Assembly (NCBI RefSeq): GCF_001194135.2
Contig: NC_068989.1
Span: 2,345,952-2,408,785, forward strand
Source of the DNA: Octopus bimaculoides
Lineage: Eukaryota
DNA: 62,834 bases
Direction: 5' to 3'
Made by a program: the position numbers and the translations under genes. The notes under the pieces are model-generated. The model was given only the letters and a program-made list of their open reading frames with translations, was not told where the DNA came from and ran no database searches. Below, piece by piece: positions 24,356-38,138 of the stretch. Within the stretch, counting starts at the first letter, position 1; each line of letters begins with the position of its first letter.

Positions 24356-24832
24356 AAATTCTTTAACGAAAAATCTAAGGAAAAATCTAAAAGCTAAAAG
24401 CTAAAAATGTCTGTATGCGTGTATGTGTGTTTGTGTATGTATATAAATATGTAGGTGCATATACATGTATACATACGTGTGTATTTGTGTGTATAATCCA
24501 TCATGTCTGCAACGCGGGTTTGATTGAAAGATCTGCTTTTAAGTTGATGCTGAAATGTTATGTTACTGATTGCACCACTAATGCTGACACTCGATACTAA
24601 CCAGAAGGCCAAACGAAATGATACTCCATTTTGTTTTGCTGTTCCTAATCGTACTTGCACATTAACAGACTGCACTGCAGCACTCAAAACGGACATTGCT
24701 AATACAAGGCTTAGAATGGATTTACTTTTCAATTAAATTTCTATTTTATCCTCCTTGACCCGATTCTGAATTCCCCAGTTACACCATTTCACACTTCAAC
24801 ACACACAGAAATATATATAATGTATAATATGC

Positions 24833-24913
<81 letters not shown>

Positions 24914-25654
24914 NNNNNNNNNNNNNNNNNNNNNNNNNNNNNNNNNNNNNNNNNNNNNNNNNNNNNNNNNNNNNNNNNNNNNNNNNNNNNNNNNNNNNNN
25001 NNNNNNNNNNNNNNNNNNNNNNNNNNNNNNNNNNNNNNNNNNNNNNNNNNNNNNNNNNNNNNNNNNNNNNNNNNNNNNNNNNNNNNNNNNNNNNNNNNNN
25101 NNNNNNNNNNNNNNNNNNNNNNNNNNNNNNNNNNNNNNNNNNNNNNNNNNNNNNNNNNNNNNNNNNNNNNNNNNNNNNNNNNNNNNNNNNNNNNNNNNNN
25201 NNNNNNNNNNNNNNNNNNNNNNNNNNNNNNNNNNNNNNNNNNNNNNNNNNNNNNNNNNNNNNNNNNNNNNNNNNNNNNNNNNNNNNNNNNNNNNNNNNNN
25301 NNNNNNNNNNNNNNNNNNNNNNNNNNNNNNNNNNNNNNNNNNNNNNNNNNNNNNNNNNNNNNNNNNNNNNNNNNNNNNNNNNNNNNNNNNNNNNNNNNNN
25401 NNNNNNNNNNNNNNNNNNNNNNNNNNNNNNNNNNNNNNNNNNNNNNNNNNNNNNNNNNNNNNNNNNNNNNNNNNNNNNNNNNNNNNNNNNNNNNNNNNNN
25501 NNNNNNNNNNNNNNNNNNNNNNNNNNNNNNNNNNNNNNNNNNNNNNNNNNNNNNNNNNNNNNNNNNNNNNNNNNNNNNNNNNNNNNNNNNNNNNNNNNNN
25601 NNNNNNNNNNNNNNNNNNNNNNNNNNNNNNNNNNNNNNNNNNNNNNNNNNNNNN

Positions 25655-25700
<46 letters not shown>

Positions 25701-26280
25701 TATAAGAAATAGGATACTATTTGGAAAAAAATGATCTCATATACATTGATAAAGAACTATCAAAGAACGTATAACTTATTGTTTCATTTAGTTTTTTTAG
25801 TTTTTTTCAGTTTATAGAACCTTATGTACGATAACTATTTATCAAATGACAGATGATTGCTCATATTTTGGACGCAAATAAAACAGAAATCTATATTATA
25901 TGTCGTATTCGATTATATTTCAGTGTTATTTCCTTCTTGATTGATGATGTAATTTAGAGAAATGGACATAAATATTTCGATATATATGGATGATGAGATA
26001 TCATAACTCTTATTTCTCTTCTTGTGTACTGTATCTAATAGGCAAGATGGTGTTATTGAATATTAGAAAAAGTGGAACGATTGATATGGAATGTCACCTC
26101 CCTGAAAACTAGACCCTTGTATTAACTTGATGCTATTGTTTCTTCACTTCCAACTGACCCAATCGTCTTTCGGAATCACCATGATGCACACCATTTCAAA
26201 ACCCTTGTGAAGTTATATTTGTCACAGTCTCTAAGCGCTCTTTTATAACAGTACAAAGGTTATAATTGAGGAAACCTTTT

Positions 26281-26617
<337 letters not shown>

Positions 26618-28054
26618 CTTAAGCAAAAGTTTAACTGTGAAGTATTTTCATGTGTAGAGTATAAATGGCTCATCATTTAAATATTTATTTTGTTGAGATA
26701 AAAGTGTAGGGTTTGGTTTTAGAGATTTTTTACCGTTAAGTGTTCCAGATCAAACGATAACGTATCGGCCCCACTTGTTGGGTCATAATTTTATATCGCC
26801 ATGGCGCAATGAATTACTGTGTCTTTGATGTTAATAAATTCTCATTGAATCTCGATATGTGGTGCTGTAACTACTGAAGTTTCTATCGTGATGCAATAAT
26901 TTGATCGGTAAAGTAATCTTCTCTAATCTGACAAGTTATATTTGTCTTAAAATCTACGGTTAAATATTAGAAAGCTAGGGTGAATATGAACTGAAATCAC
27001 TCTACCGCAATCCAGATATGTGAAATGTAAAATATATTCAAAAGTGTGGGTATGTTAACTTGCTGTAATGAGAGAAAATCTCGATTGTTTCAAGGTGTCA
27101 TTGTTTCTGCAACACATCTCTCACTTTACTAATCTTAATGTTCCTGTTTCTATTTCTTAATGATATTTCTTTTTTACTTCATTTGTATAGACTTTTCTGG
27201 TCGTAGAGCTCTTTAAGTCTCCTTGAAATTAAAGTTTAGAGAAGCTTACTTCAACCCAGCAGCAATTGTATCAATTATGTGATATCAATGACACTTTTAA
27301 AGATGCCCTATTTTTGTTCAAGGCTAGAGTTAAAATTCGCCATGGGACGCTTGAAGCCAGCTTATTGAAAAATTCTTTAAAAGTGTTAAAATAATAATAT
27401 TGTAGCTTCTAATTCCCCTAGGAGGTTATATAAATTACAGAAGAATCAATTGCTGCAATACATGGAGTTCTGTGGCATTTTTTAAGAAATCTGCCTGTGA
27501 CATAGTTATTCTTTCTATATAGTAATATTTGACACTCCAGGCTCTCACTCTGTAATGATATTACTGATTCCTTCCAGCCTATGAGAATGAAGTTTTTAAT
27601 TTTTCTTTTATTATCCGTGACTATAAATATGCATTCATTTTACTACAAAACTTTCAAGGGCAGAATTAAATATTCTCTCTTTCCTTAAATACATTTAAGG
27701 AAACACTGTTAACCAAACTGATTAGGAAGACTCCATAATCTGTGAAAAATTTCTAGACTTCCGCGAGATAAGATGTGTTTTAGTATAATTTACAAAAACT
27801 TCATTTAATGTAATCAGTTAGCATTTTCTGAAATTGTGATAAAGTTCTGAGGCAGAATTTTGTCCGTAAAATATAGGTATACTCTCCGAGGAAAAACATG
27901 TTTGATAACATCAGATGCATTCATCATCCTGATTAAAATAGGGTGACATATTTAATTACAATTCATTAGTCAGAACTCTAGTAATACTATCGCACTCCTA
28001 GTAATACTACCAATTGTTGAATCAACAACTATTATCATACCATATCATATCAAA

Positions 28055-28107
<53 letters not shown>

Positions 28108-28963
28108 GCAATAAGATAATGGAGGGGAATATGAGGTACTCATCAACTTGCAGGCAATGTATTCCGGTGATTGATCTGTTTATTTTATAACCAAAATGAC
28201 AAAAAAGACAATATACAGACATTTATGACATACCATGTCATATCAACAATTAAGATTTCAAATTTAATGGACGTCCCTTCTCCAATTGCTAGATGTCAAT
28301 TAAATTTGAAATCTTAATTGTTGATGAAATAATTATATTTATTATAACAGCGAACAACCGATGTATTTTTTAAGCGGCAAAAATTTGTACATTGAGGGTA
28401 GATCTTTTCGTGCAAGATTACCGGAAGGTGGCCTCTGGGTATAGACGGTCTACCACCCTCATGACAAGCCCCAATATCATGGGTACCCAGGAAAATTCCA
28501 GTCCTTGTCCTTATATAAATCCAGCTTTGCTTCTTTGACGGGTTAAAAGATCCAGAGGCACTTCAGGATTATCAGAAATCTTATTGTCGAGTCTAGGACA
28601 GCCATAAATCGGTTTCCGAAGCCAGTTGTTTTCATTTTTCTGTTTCATTTCGCACTTACAGATGAATAATCCTTCTTTTATATTATATCATAAAATGCTT
28701 TAACGTCTCGTTGTACGCATTTATTATATATACTAATAATCAATCCAGCATTTGGCTAACTTGGAAGGCAGGAGAGAATTTCTCGACGCTGTCAATAACA
28801 AACTCCACAACGTATTTTATTACAGACCTTCTTTTGTCCGCGTGTATATTTATTAAGAGAGAGAGAGAGAGGGAGAGGGAGAGGGGGAGGAGGAGAGAGA
28901 TGAAAAACTGACGGAGAATGGGAAGCAAATTTGTTGAGTTAAGATGCATAGCCATACAATTAC

Positions 28964-29012
<49 letters not shown>

Positions 29013-29013
29013 C

Positions 29014-29046
<33 letters not shown>

Positions 29047-29158
29047 CCTATCTATCTATTTCTCTCTCTGTCTCCCTCTTTCTGCCTCTGTCTCTCTCTG
29101 TCTCTCTCTGTCTCTCTCTCTGTCTCTCTCTGTCTCTCTCTGTCTCTCTCTGTCTCTT

Positions 29159-29211
<53 letters not shown>

Positions 29212-29804
29212 CGTCGTGTTTATACCACGTGCTTCCACCCACTTGGTTGCGTAATATCTGATATTGAAAGTGATTCGGACTAATAGTATTTTTATTACAG
29301 TATCTTACTTTACGCCGAATGCTGACGCAAAATATAATATTTAGTCCCGATATATCCACCTATAATATTCTGCAGAAAATATACTGAATAAAATATAGAG
29401 TAAAGAAACAATGATTAATCTTTTATAGGTAAATTGTTGTATAAGTTATGCCTGGCTGCGGTAGTAGGAACTGTCTGATTTCCCATTTAAATAATAACCG
29501 AAACCAATGAAACGATTTCCTTTTGCAGCGTAAGTGATGTCTGTAGGTTTCTAATTTTTCACACCATTTTCTCATATATTCCTACGTAAAAGCTTCCAGA
29601 TAAATAATGACTATAGAGTCACGCCTCTCGTGTCCTTTCTACTTATTGCATTACGATGCAGTCTTTAATTTGGCCGTCGTTTCTTTCGGCGTTATATTTA
29701 TATGAGATGCATTTTGTATGTAAAGTTATATTGTAGAAAGCTCCAATTATCTCTTATGCTATTGATATTTACTCATATGTTGGTTAAGCGCCAATCATTT
29801 TGTA

Positions 29805-29945
29805 GGGAGTGTATAGTCTCTGCAATTGCTCCCACGATCTGACTGGTACTTTATTTTATCGGCCCAGAAGGTGACATTTGGACTCAGAATGGACAGGTTC
29901 GGAACAGCAAAGCATTTTGCTCTACTCTCATAACATCGCTCTGAA
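29805..29945 (-). mobile_element. SINE family A, highly degenerate
   Basis: CTGGTACTTTATTTTATCG..TTTGGACTCAGAA..AAGCATTTTG matches the reverse complement of family A. Confidence 0.5.
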
Positions 29946-30760
29946 AAGTCATGAATGATTCTATTTCCTGCCTCTGTGTGTGTGTGTATGTAAAAGATTA
30001 TAACAACCCAGAAGATACAAACACATGAAAACATGTGAATGTGGACTATACATACATAGAAGCGCACACACACGCATACATATATATCTATGCATACACA
30101 TACATGCATATATACATACATTCATACATACATATATACATGCACTTTCACAGAGCTGGAGATTGGCGGTGGAGAGAAATAGCAATATAGCTGTCCACAT
30201 CGGCTGCAGTTCGGGATTCATACCATGTCCTTCAATACCATTTTGAATTTCATATTCAGGCAGACCCGCATCCCCACTCACAAGCAAGCAAACATACACG
30301 CAGAATTATACATGTTCCTATATAGTTGTGTTGATGGGGATATATATGCAGTTGCTTGTGGTGGCAACAGTGACGAAAGTTATTGCTCTTTCCCTCGTGT
30401 TTTCTGTTAAGTATTGTTTGCTGTATCTCGGGAGGATCATGCCAATAATAAACACACGCACTGGTTTAATTTTACTTCTGTATTAATCGTCAGTTGCTTA
30501 GTTATTTAAGCAACTAATGGATTTTGTTGTCAATTATTTCACTCAATATCCTTTCGTCGTCGTCAAACAAGTTCTGATCAAGATTCTGGCAAACCAAATA
30601 CAAAAGCTAAATACCAGTTGTTTTCTGTTATATGCAATTGCTTCAGGCACCTGCTCTTAGTAGATTTATTAGTGACAATCTTTATAGTCTACTTAAGGGA
30701 TGTTTATTGTTAGAAAGCCGTAATTCTGCGGCGGTATTTGTCTTGAGAGATGCTGTCACA

Positions 30761-30833
30761 TTGACGTAAAGTGCTAGAAGTACAGACATGACGTCAGCAG
30801 ACGAGAATCACGAGATTTTAGCGCTACTTCCGT
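30761..30833. promoter_or_regulatory. CpG-rich patch with CRE, CRE-like and ETS-like motifs
   Basis: TTGACGTAA at 30761-30769, perfect TGACGTCA at 30789-30796, ACTTCCGT at 30826-30833. Function not shown. Confidence 0.3.
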
Positions 30834-31084
30834 AGCAGCTGTCCGCGAAATTCCACTGTCAACGATATATTAAAAAGCATATAAATTATTTGGTCACTCA
30901 TGTCCTAAATAGGCGGCAAGCTCTTTAAAGAATAGGCGTTCGCGACAGAAGCACCATTAACACGTAACTGCAATCCTTGTGTCCCACTTAATGGGGATGC
31001 ATTGTTTGAACGCCTTATTATCGAGGTATTAGTCTTGAGAGACCCTGTCAAATAGATGTAAAGCACTAAAAGCTTTTGTCGCTG

Positions 31085-31288
31085 AGGGCGGCGAGATGGG
31101 AGACTTGTTAGAATGCTTAGCGGTATTTCGTCCGGTGTTACGTTCTGAGGTCGACTTTGCCTTTCATCCTTTCGGGGTCGATTAAATAAGTACCAGTTAC
31201 GCACTGGGGTCGATGTAATCGACTTAATCTCTTTGTCTGTCCTTGTTTGACCCTATATGTTTAGACCCCTGTAGGCAGTAAAGAAATA
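31085..31288 (+). mobile_element. SINE family A, tail 2 (first of a tandem pair)
   Basis: Family A body with two internal deletions; tail ..TTAATCTCTTTGTCTGTCC..GGCAGTAAAGAAATA. Confidence 0.88.
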
Positions 31289-31303
31289 TTATATTAGCTC
31301 TTT

Positions 31304-31490
31304 AAGGCGGCGCGATGGCAGAATCGTTAGCACGCCAGGCAAAATGCTTAGAGGCATTTCGTCCATTTCAGTTGCTGCCGAGGTCGACTTTGATTTCGTC
31401 CTTTCAGAGTCGATAAAATAAGTACCAGTTAAGTACCGGGGTCGATATTCTCGAAATTGCTGACCTTGTGCCAAATTTTGAAACCAATAT
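31304..31490 (+). mobile_element. SINE family A (second of a tandem pair)
   Basis: AAGGCGGCGCGATGGCAGAATCGTTAGCACGCC..GAGGTCGACTTTG..AAGTACCAG. Confidence 0.85.
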
Positions 31491-32341
31491 TAAATTTATC
31501 AGTACAGTTATTAGTTTATATATGAGGATATATATTCCAATATTCGCGGACACAGCTGAGTTGTAATGTAGAAGGTGGGGGGAGGGGATCGGTGAAAGCT
31601 GCAAAATTAGGATTTTCAATGGAAATGAAATTATTTTGGAGAAGGAAAGTTTTAAGTTACACGGAGAAAATATTTTCTACTAAACGTTTATAGCAGTTTG
31701 AAAGACACCACTTTTGTTACTTTGTGTGTACTTCCGTGTTTGTCTTCGACACTTTGTGCGCTTATGTCATAAAGTCATTATTTATTTTTCAGGTCGGTGG
31801 CAATATATGATGTACGAATGGTAACATAGCAATTTTGCTGACTTATACAGAGTTGCATTATATTTAAACCTTGCGTATTATAGGATTGAGACAAATGCAA
31901 TATCGTGTGAATAGAAGCAAGATAGATGATAGCGGAAAGAGAGATAGGGAATAGCAGGGGAAACAAGAAAGTGGAGAAACAAAATAATGGAGTAAAAATA
32001 GTCTATACTTCTAGGAATTATAGCTTGAAACAGATTCATAGCATTTAGGAAGCACAATGTGAGATCAAGCGAGATGGTAAACGAGATAAATATAAATTAT
32101 TTGCAAAAAAAAAAAGTTACGGAAATTTGTATAGTTTTAAATAAAAAGGAAAAGATAAGGGATGTAGACAGAAAGACTGAACCAGATCTAATGTAAAAGG
32201 GAAAGAAATATTCTACCAGAGAAAAATAGATAAAATATATAAAATATATATAATGATGCTTCTTTTGCTAACTGAAAGCGAATGTGAAATCAGAAATTCT
32301 ATAAAGTTTTCGCCTCACTTTAGTTAGTGTATCAAATGTGG

Positions 32342-32410
<69 letters not shown>
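32342..32410. repeat. (CTA)n-(CTG)n microsatellite
   Basis: Directly visible; explains the poly-Thr/Ala and poly-Val ORFs. Confidence 0.95.
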
Positions 32411-32728
32411 GTGATATTGCTGTTGCGGTTTTGTTATCAGTAGTGACTTTTATTACATATGATATCAACCTTATCATCATTAGAAAACGCTTCTTCCTTT
32501 ATATCGAATATCTTCGTGACTTTCAGGAAATAATACATTCCAGTGCCCTACTTTAGCTTTCCTACCTCCATTACTTAGTTTCTATTCTACAATAACAGAT
32601 AATTATGCAATTCTTATTTTACGCTTTTACTTTATTTAGCTATTGGAGTTTATATGTAATTATGTTTCTAATATAATTGATCACCGAATGCAACTACCAC
32701 CGCTAACAACTTTCAACTATACATTTTA

Positions 32729-32876
32729 CCAGGGTGAGTCAAACAGGTATAATTACCAACACAGGAACATGTATCATACATCAAAATGAAGCTGGTCCTC
32801 TGTGGATCACATCCCTACTTCTCAACATAGTCACCGTTTCTCTCAATAGTAATGTTCCACCTTGATGGTGCCGGCA
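32729..32876 (-). mobile_element. Mariner (Tc1/mariner) transposon 3' end
   Basis: Minus strand encodes PSRWNITIERNGDYVEK* (mariner C-terminal RW...I..NGDYVEK), then ends ..TTTGACTCACCCTGG|TA, a TIR-like end next to a TA. Confidence 0.7.
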
Positions 32877-34533
32877 TATTTTTTACACGTCTAATACTTT
32901 TTCAACAGATGTAGATAATTTCATTTGAAAAGTCATTCTGGTTTAACTTGCCAATTTATTATTCAAATGAATGTTTCATTAATACATCAACTATTTATAT
33001 TTCTAATATCTTCATACGTTTCCATAGGTGTATATGCACCTGTTTTCTTTTTGTACCTGCAAACATCTTCACGAATATATGCATATAAAGATATATGCAT
33101 ATAAAGATATACGTATCGTATGAATGTGTGCTTATATGTAATTATATTTCTAACTCTCACACCTCATCTCGCACTTGCTTTACGTTTTTCCAGTTTTCCA
33201 TTTCGATTTTGTTAATTCTACCACATTGAATTTTTTCTCTCACGTTATCTCTTTCACATGGATCCTCTCTGTTAACTTCTAACTTTCCACGGTGAAAGGT
33301 GTAAAACGTACACTAAATCTGCCTTGTTCAGGTTTATATTAGTAGGAATTCGATACAAATCTCTAAAGCAAAATAATATTTTACCTTCATAATTATGCAA
33401 ACTAATTTATCTGGTTCTTGCTTCGAGCTGATTAATCGGGTACTGAGTATAGAAAATATATTTCACTTCTACTTTGGTTGTAAATAGAAAACTTACATTC
33501 ATATTTTTCTACCGACTGACACCAAATACAAACCCCTTTAGGGTTTTTATTTCATATCATTCTCCAGAACATCAATGGAATATGTTTTGAGTTGGAAAAG
33601 GAAAATTTAGAAACTCTACTCAACATGAAATCTAAAGAAAGTCACAAAAGGAGATGAAATGGACTTTTTAAATGAAATTTTACCGGTTCCATTCGAGTTT
33701 ATTAAAATAGATTACTTTTCCCTAAAAGTAAATGCGTCCTATAAAAAAAAAGAAATCTTTGGCAAAAATTAGAAAAAAAAAGGAAGAAAAAATAATGAAA
33801 TTCCTACTATTGTAAAAATCAAAAATAATAAAGTAAATTTTGTGTCAGATGAGGATGTAAAATATACACAAGTTTATGGCTTTGACTAAGTGTGCGTGTG
33901 TATACATTCCTATGTACATTTATATGTGTGTATGTGTGTATTGCGTATGTATGCATGTGAATCATCTTATCTGAATATGTGTGTGAATCATCGTATGTAG
34001 TAAATGATCTTTCTTTTTAAATTAGGTTTGTCTATTTTGATTAATGATTTCATTTTGAATGTCACAAAATACTAAAGTATATTGAAAATGAATAAATAAT
34101 ACGATGCTTATTTAGAACGTAGAGTTGAATTTAATGATTCTCGTGGAAACTTTAAAGCATCATTTTAAAATTCTTAAGTTGAAATTAATTTCAAAGTAGA
34201 TTTGACCCATATTACATATATCTCTGTCAAACGACATCACCCACCCACTTTTTTTTTGTGTGTGTGGTGTGGCGGGAATTTCAAGATCAGCGTTTCGAAA
34301 CAGTCAGTGCGTAGTGCCACACTGCTACACTGTAAAATGTGATAATTTGCACAACATACTTAATAAATGTCTAAACCACACACTGAAATTCTAAATATTC
34401 CTTGAATAATGAAGCTAATCGGTAATTTGCAGCATTTTATATTGTTTATATTTATGCAGTATTATTTATAATTATTTATTTGTAATTTCTTGTTCACTTG
34501 ATATGCGACATATAAAATATTTCATGTCTTCAA

Positions 34534-34743
34534 GGCGGCGAGCTGGCAGAATCGTTTGCACGCCGGACGAAATGCTTAGCAGTATTTCGTCTGTCTTTAC
34601 GTTCTGAGTTCAAATTCCGCCGAAGTCGACTTTGACTTCATACTTTCGAGGTTGATAAATTAAGTACCAGTTACATACTGAGGTCAATCTAATCGACTGG
34701 CCCCTCCCCAAACATTTCGAGCCTTGTGCCTAGAGTAGAAGAT
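34534..34743 (+). mobile_element. SINE family A, full length, tail 1
   Basis: Close match to the copies at 5608 and 60906. Confidence 0.92.
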
Positions 34744-34769
34744 AATATTTCACGTGTTGCAAACTGTGC

Positions 34770-34965
34770 CAAAAGGTGACGTGCTGGTTGGATAAAAAGC
34801 TTAGCCGCATTTCTTCGGTCTTTTTACTTTCAGAGTTCATATTCCGAAGAGGTTAACTTTCCTATTTATTCTTTCGAGGTTGATGAGATAAACTGCCTGT
34901 CAAGTGCTGGGGTTGATGTAACCGATTCGTCCCCTGCTCTCGAAAATTGGCGTTCTGTTCAAAGA
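34770..34965 (+). mobile_element. SINE family A, old degenerate copy in tandem
   Basis: AAGCTTAGCCGCATTTC..CAGAGTTCATATTCCG..TTCGAGGTTGAT..CTGGGGTTGATGTAACCGA. Confidence 0.65.
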
Positions 34966-36559
34966 TAGCATCGAGATTTCGGTCCTTATACGCCATGGAG
35001 ACCGGGTGGCAGACCATGCGAGATCTGACAATCGAGGAAAAATATTTTAAATAACGTTCACCAAGGATAAAAATATATAAAATAGAGAAAGAAAAAGAGA
35101 AGAAGAGGAATTACTGATCAATGCAGTGGTCTGTGTTTTGCCTAAAATATTACTCGCTCTATTAGCTAATGCTTTTTATCAATACACAAGTCATATAAAT
35201 TTATATATGTCTTCTATAATCATGATCGTGTATTTATGATGCATAAAATAAAGCTTCTACAGAATGCCATAAGTTAAGATATGCAAATATTCATATGTCT
35301 GTTTTCCTATTTTTTCTTTCATTTCAACATAAATTGTTTGTCTTTTAATATTTCACATTATTCCCAATACTCAACAAAGATTCTATTTCTTTGATACGAA
35401 ACTATGACTATAACATCTACTTTCGTCTACCGAAATAAAAATGTTTCATAAATTAGCAAACACATACTTGATGAAAAATGCAAAGGAAGCCCTTGAGAAT
35501 CTGCACAAGATGCTGGCCAGGAAAACTATCGCACGGATTGCGAAGTTTAAGTAATTAATATATAGCAACAACTCGTGTCGAATTTGAAATTTCCCGAATG
35601 AGTTACAAAAACCATCTATCTTTTCAAGTATTTCTTAATTTATTCCTACAAGATCATTCCAAACCTCAACCAAACAAACACACACACACATACACACACA
35701 CAAACGCGCGCGCGCGGCGTCATAGGGCCGCACAGATTGCATCGCAATCACATTTTACAGTAAACATATAGAAGCGTAACTTCAAAATAACAGGCTCCAT
35801 GTAGTGGTTGTTCAGTCTTTTATCTCCTTCATTACCACCAACACGAGAGAACATCTGTTGTAAACAACAATCACACTTTACAGCAAAAACATTGTACATC
35901 CTGGGGAATATATATATATGTATATATATATATATTTATATATATATTATATATAATAAATACATATATATATATATATGAAGATAGCTTTATATTGTCA
36001 ATTATACACTGATGTAACAACTATAAAGCTTGAAACACGTGTACCGCAGAATCCTTTGTGTTTTTGTTTTTATTTTTGCATTTACAATTTATATATATAT
36101 TATATATAATAAATACATATATATATATANNNNNNNNNNNNNNNNNNNNNNNNNNNNNNNNNNNNNNNNNNNNNNNNNNNNNNNNNNNNNNNNNNNNNNN
36201 NNNNNNNNNNNNNNNNNNNNNNNNNNNNNNNNNNNNNNNNNNNNNNNNNNNNNNNNNNNNNNNNNNNNNNNNNNNNNNNNNNNNNNNNNNNNNNNNNNNN
36301 NNNNNNNNNNNNNNNNNNNNNNNNNNNNNNNNNNNNNNNNNNNNNNNNNNNNNNNNNNNNNNNNNNNNNNNNNNNNNNNNNNNNNNNNNNNNNNNNNNNN
36401 NNNNNNNNNNNNNNNNNNNNNNNNNNNNNNNNNNNNNNNNNNNNNNNNNNNNNNNNNNNNNNNNNNNNNNNNNNNNNNNNNNNNNNNNNNNNNNNNNNNN
36501 NNNNNNNNNNNNNNNNNNNNNNNNNNNNNNNNNNNNNNNNNNNNNNNNNNNNNNNNNNN

Positions 36560-36599
<40 letters not shown>

Positions 36600-36607
<8 letters not shown>

Positions 36608-37035
36608 AGCGCTATATCATCTGAATGATGTGGAAAATATTCCATCAGCATTGTCCAAATGATGCTGGCATCACCTCTAAGATACACGCAAGACATCGAC
36701 CCCGTGATTGTCCGCCCACAACATACATCATACTCGCATCATGTAACAACAATACGTCACAATTGTTTCACCTCAATTGGCCCCGTTCTCTTGAACATTA
36801 CACCAAAACAAATTAAAGCAGAATCAGACCCCATAAAGTTCAAGAAATCTTTGGACAAATTCCTTCAAAAAATGCCGGATAAACTTCCTTCACCCGGGTA
36901 CGTCTCCGCAAACAATAACTCTCTCCTTGAGTGGGCCATGTTGTCCAATTCTTGATTTGAGTGACTTCGCCAGTTGGTGTTGTTAAGTTAGACATGGCCC
37001 GGGCCAATACTTGCCATAACTTATCAAAGTATCAA
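36600..37035 (+). mobile_element. CR1/L2-group LINE 3' end
   Basis: MMWKIFHQHCPND.. and TIRHNCFTSIGPVLLNITPKQIK..FKKSLDKFLQKMPDKLPSPGY..NNSLLEW resemble the post-RT C-terminus of CR1-group LINEs (F...GP.L.N.LP..FK..LD.FL); short TATCAAAGTATCAA tail. Confidence 0.7.
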
Positions 37036-37461
37036 TGTATATGCATGAGTTTGAATAACTGTACATACATTCTATCTATCTATCAAGTTATCTATTTATC
37101 TGTCTGTCTGTCTGTCTGTTTGCCGTTTGTCTGTCTATCCCTCACTATATATATATANNNNNNNNNNNNNNNNNNNNNNNNNNNNNNNNNNNNNNNNNNN
37201 NNNNNNNNNNNNNNNNNNNNNNNNNNNNNNNNNNNNNNNNNNNNNNNNNNNNNNNNNNNNNNNNNNNNNNNNNNNNNNNNNNNNNNNNNNNNNNNNNNNN
37301 NNNNNNNNNNNNNNNNNNNNNNNNNNNNNNNNNNNNNNNNNNNNNNNNNNNNNNNNNNNNNNNNNNNNNNNNNNNNNNNNNNNNNNNNNNNNNNNNNNNN
37401 NNNNNNNNNNNNNNNNNNNNNNNNNNNNNNNNNNNNNNNNNNNNNNNNNNNNNNNNNNNNN

Positions 37462-37531
<70 letters not shown>

Positions 37532-38062
37532 CAGACACACAGATAAATACCGAATTATACTTCTAACCTTAGTTATGAAATTTTTCGAAAGTTAATTGGT
37601 AATTGATTTTTGTCATTATATTGTAAAATACATCGTTAGACAAGTATACAGTACTGTTTTGGGGCTTCTTGTTCATAAAAATACGTAATGTATATAAGCT
37701 TTACATCTCCTTGTCATCAGAAAATATATTTGGTCAAAAAACAACAAAGAAAACAACTGAAGGAGCTTAATCTAAATAATGTTTAGAATAAACATAAAAC
37801 TACAGCGAATTATTTGAAACAAGAAACGGAATAAATTTAGTACAATAGCATAGAACGGGGAAAATAATCGCAATAAAATGTTGAATGTAAATCATTAAAA
37901 TGAATATTGATTTTTGAAAGCAAAAATCATAATTTATCGAATTTATGTATGCGTCATCAGATTTATAGTTCCGTTATATGAAACAGTGCAACTATAAGGA
38001 TATATGAAGTAGATTTTCACTTTCCGATTGAATTAAATCGCTCTCGAAGTATCGATATTGGA

Positions 38063-38138
<76 letters not shown>

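Noticed and set aside
34271-35596. E2F/CHR-like motifs GGCGGGAATTTCAAG and TTTGAAATTTCCCG
   Set aside because: Short motifs without other promoter support; plausible by chance.
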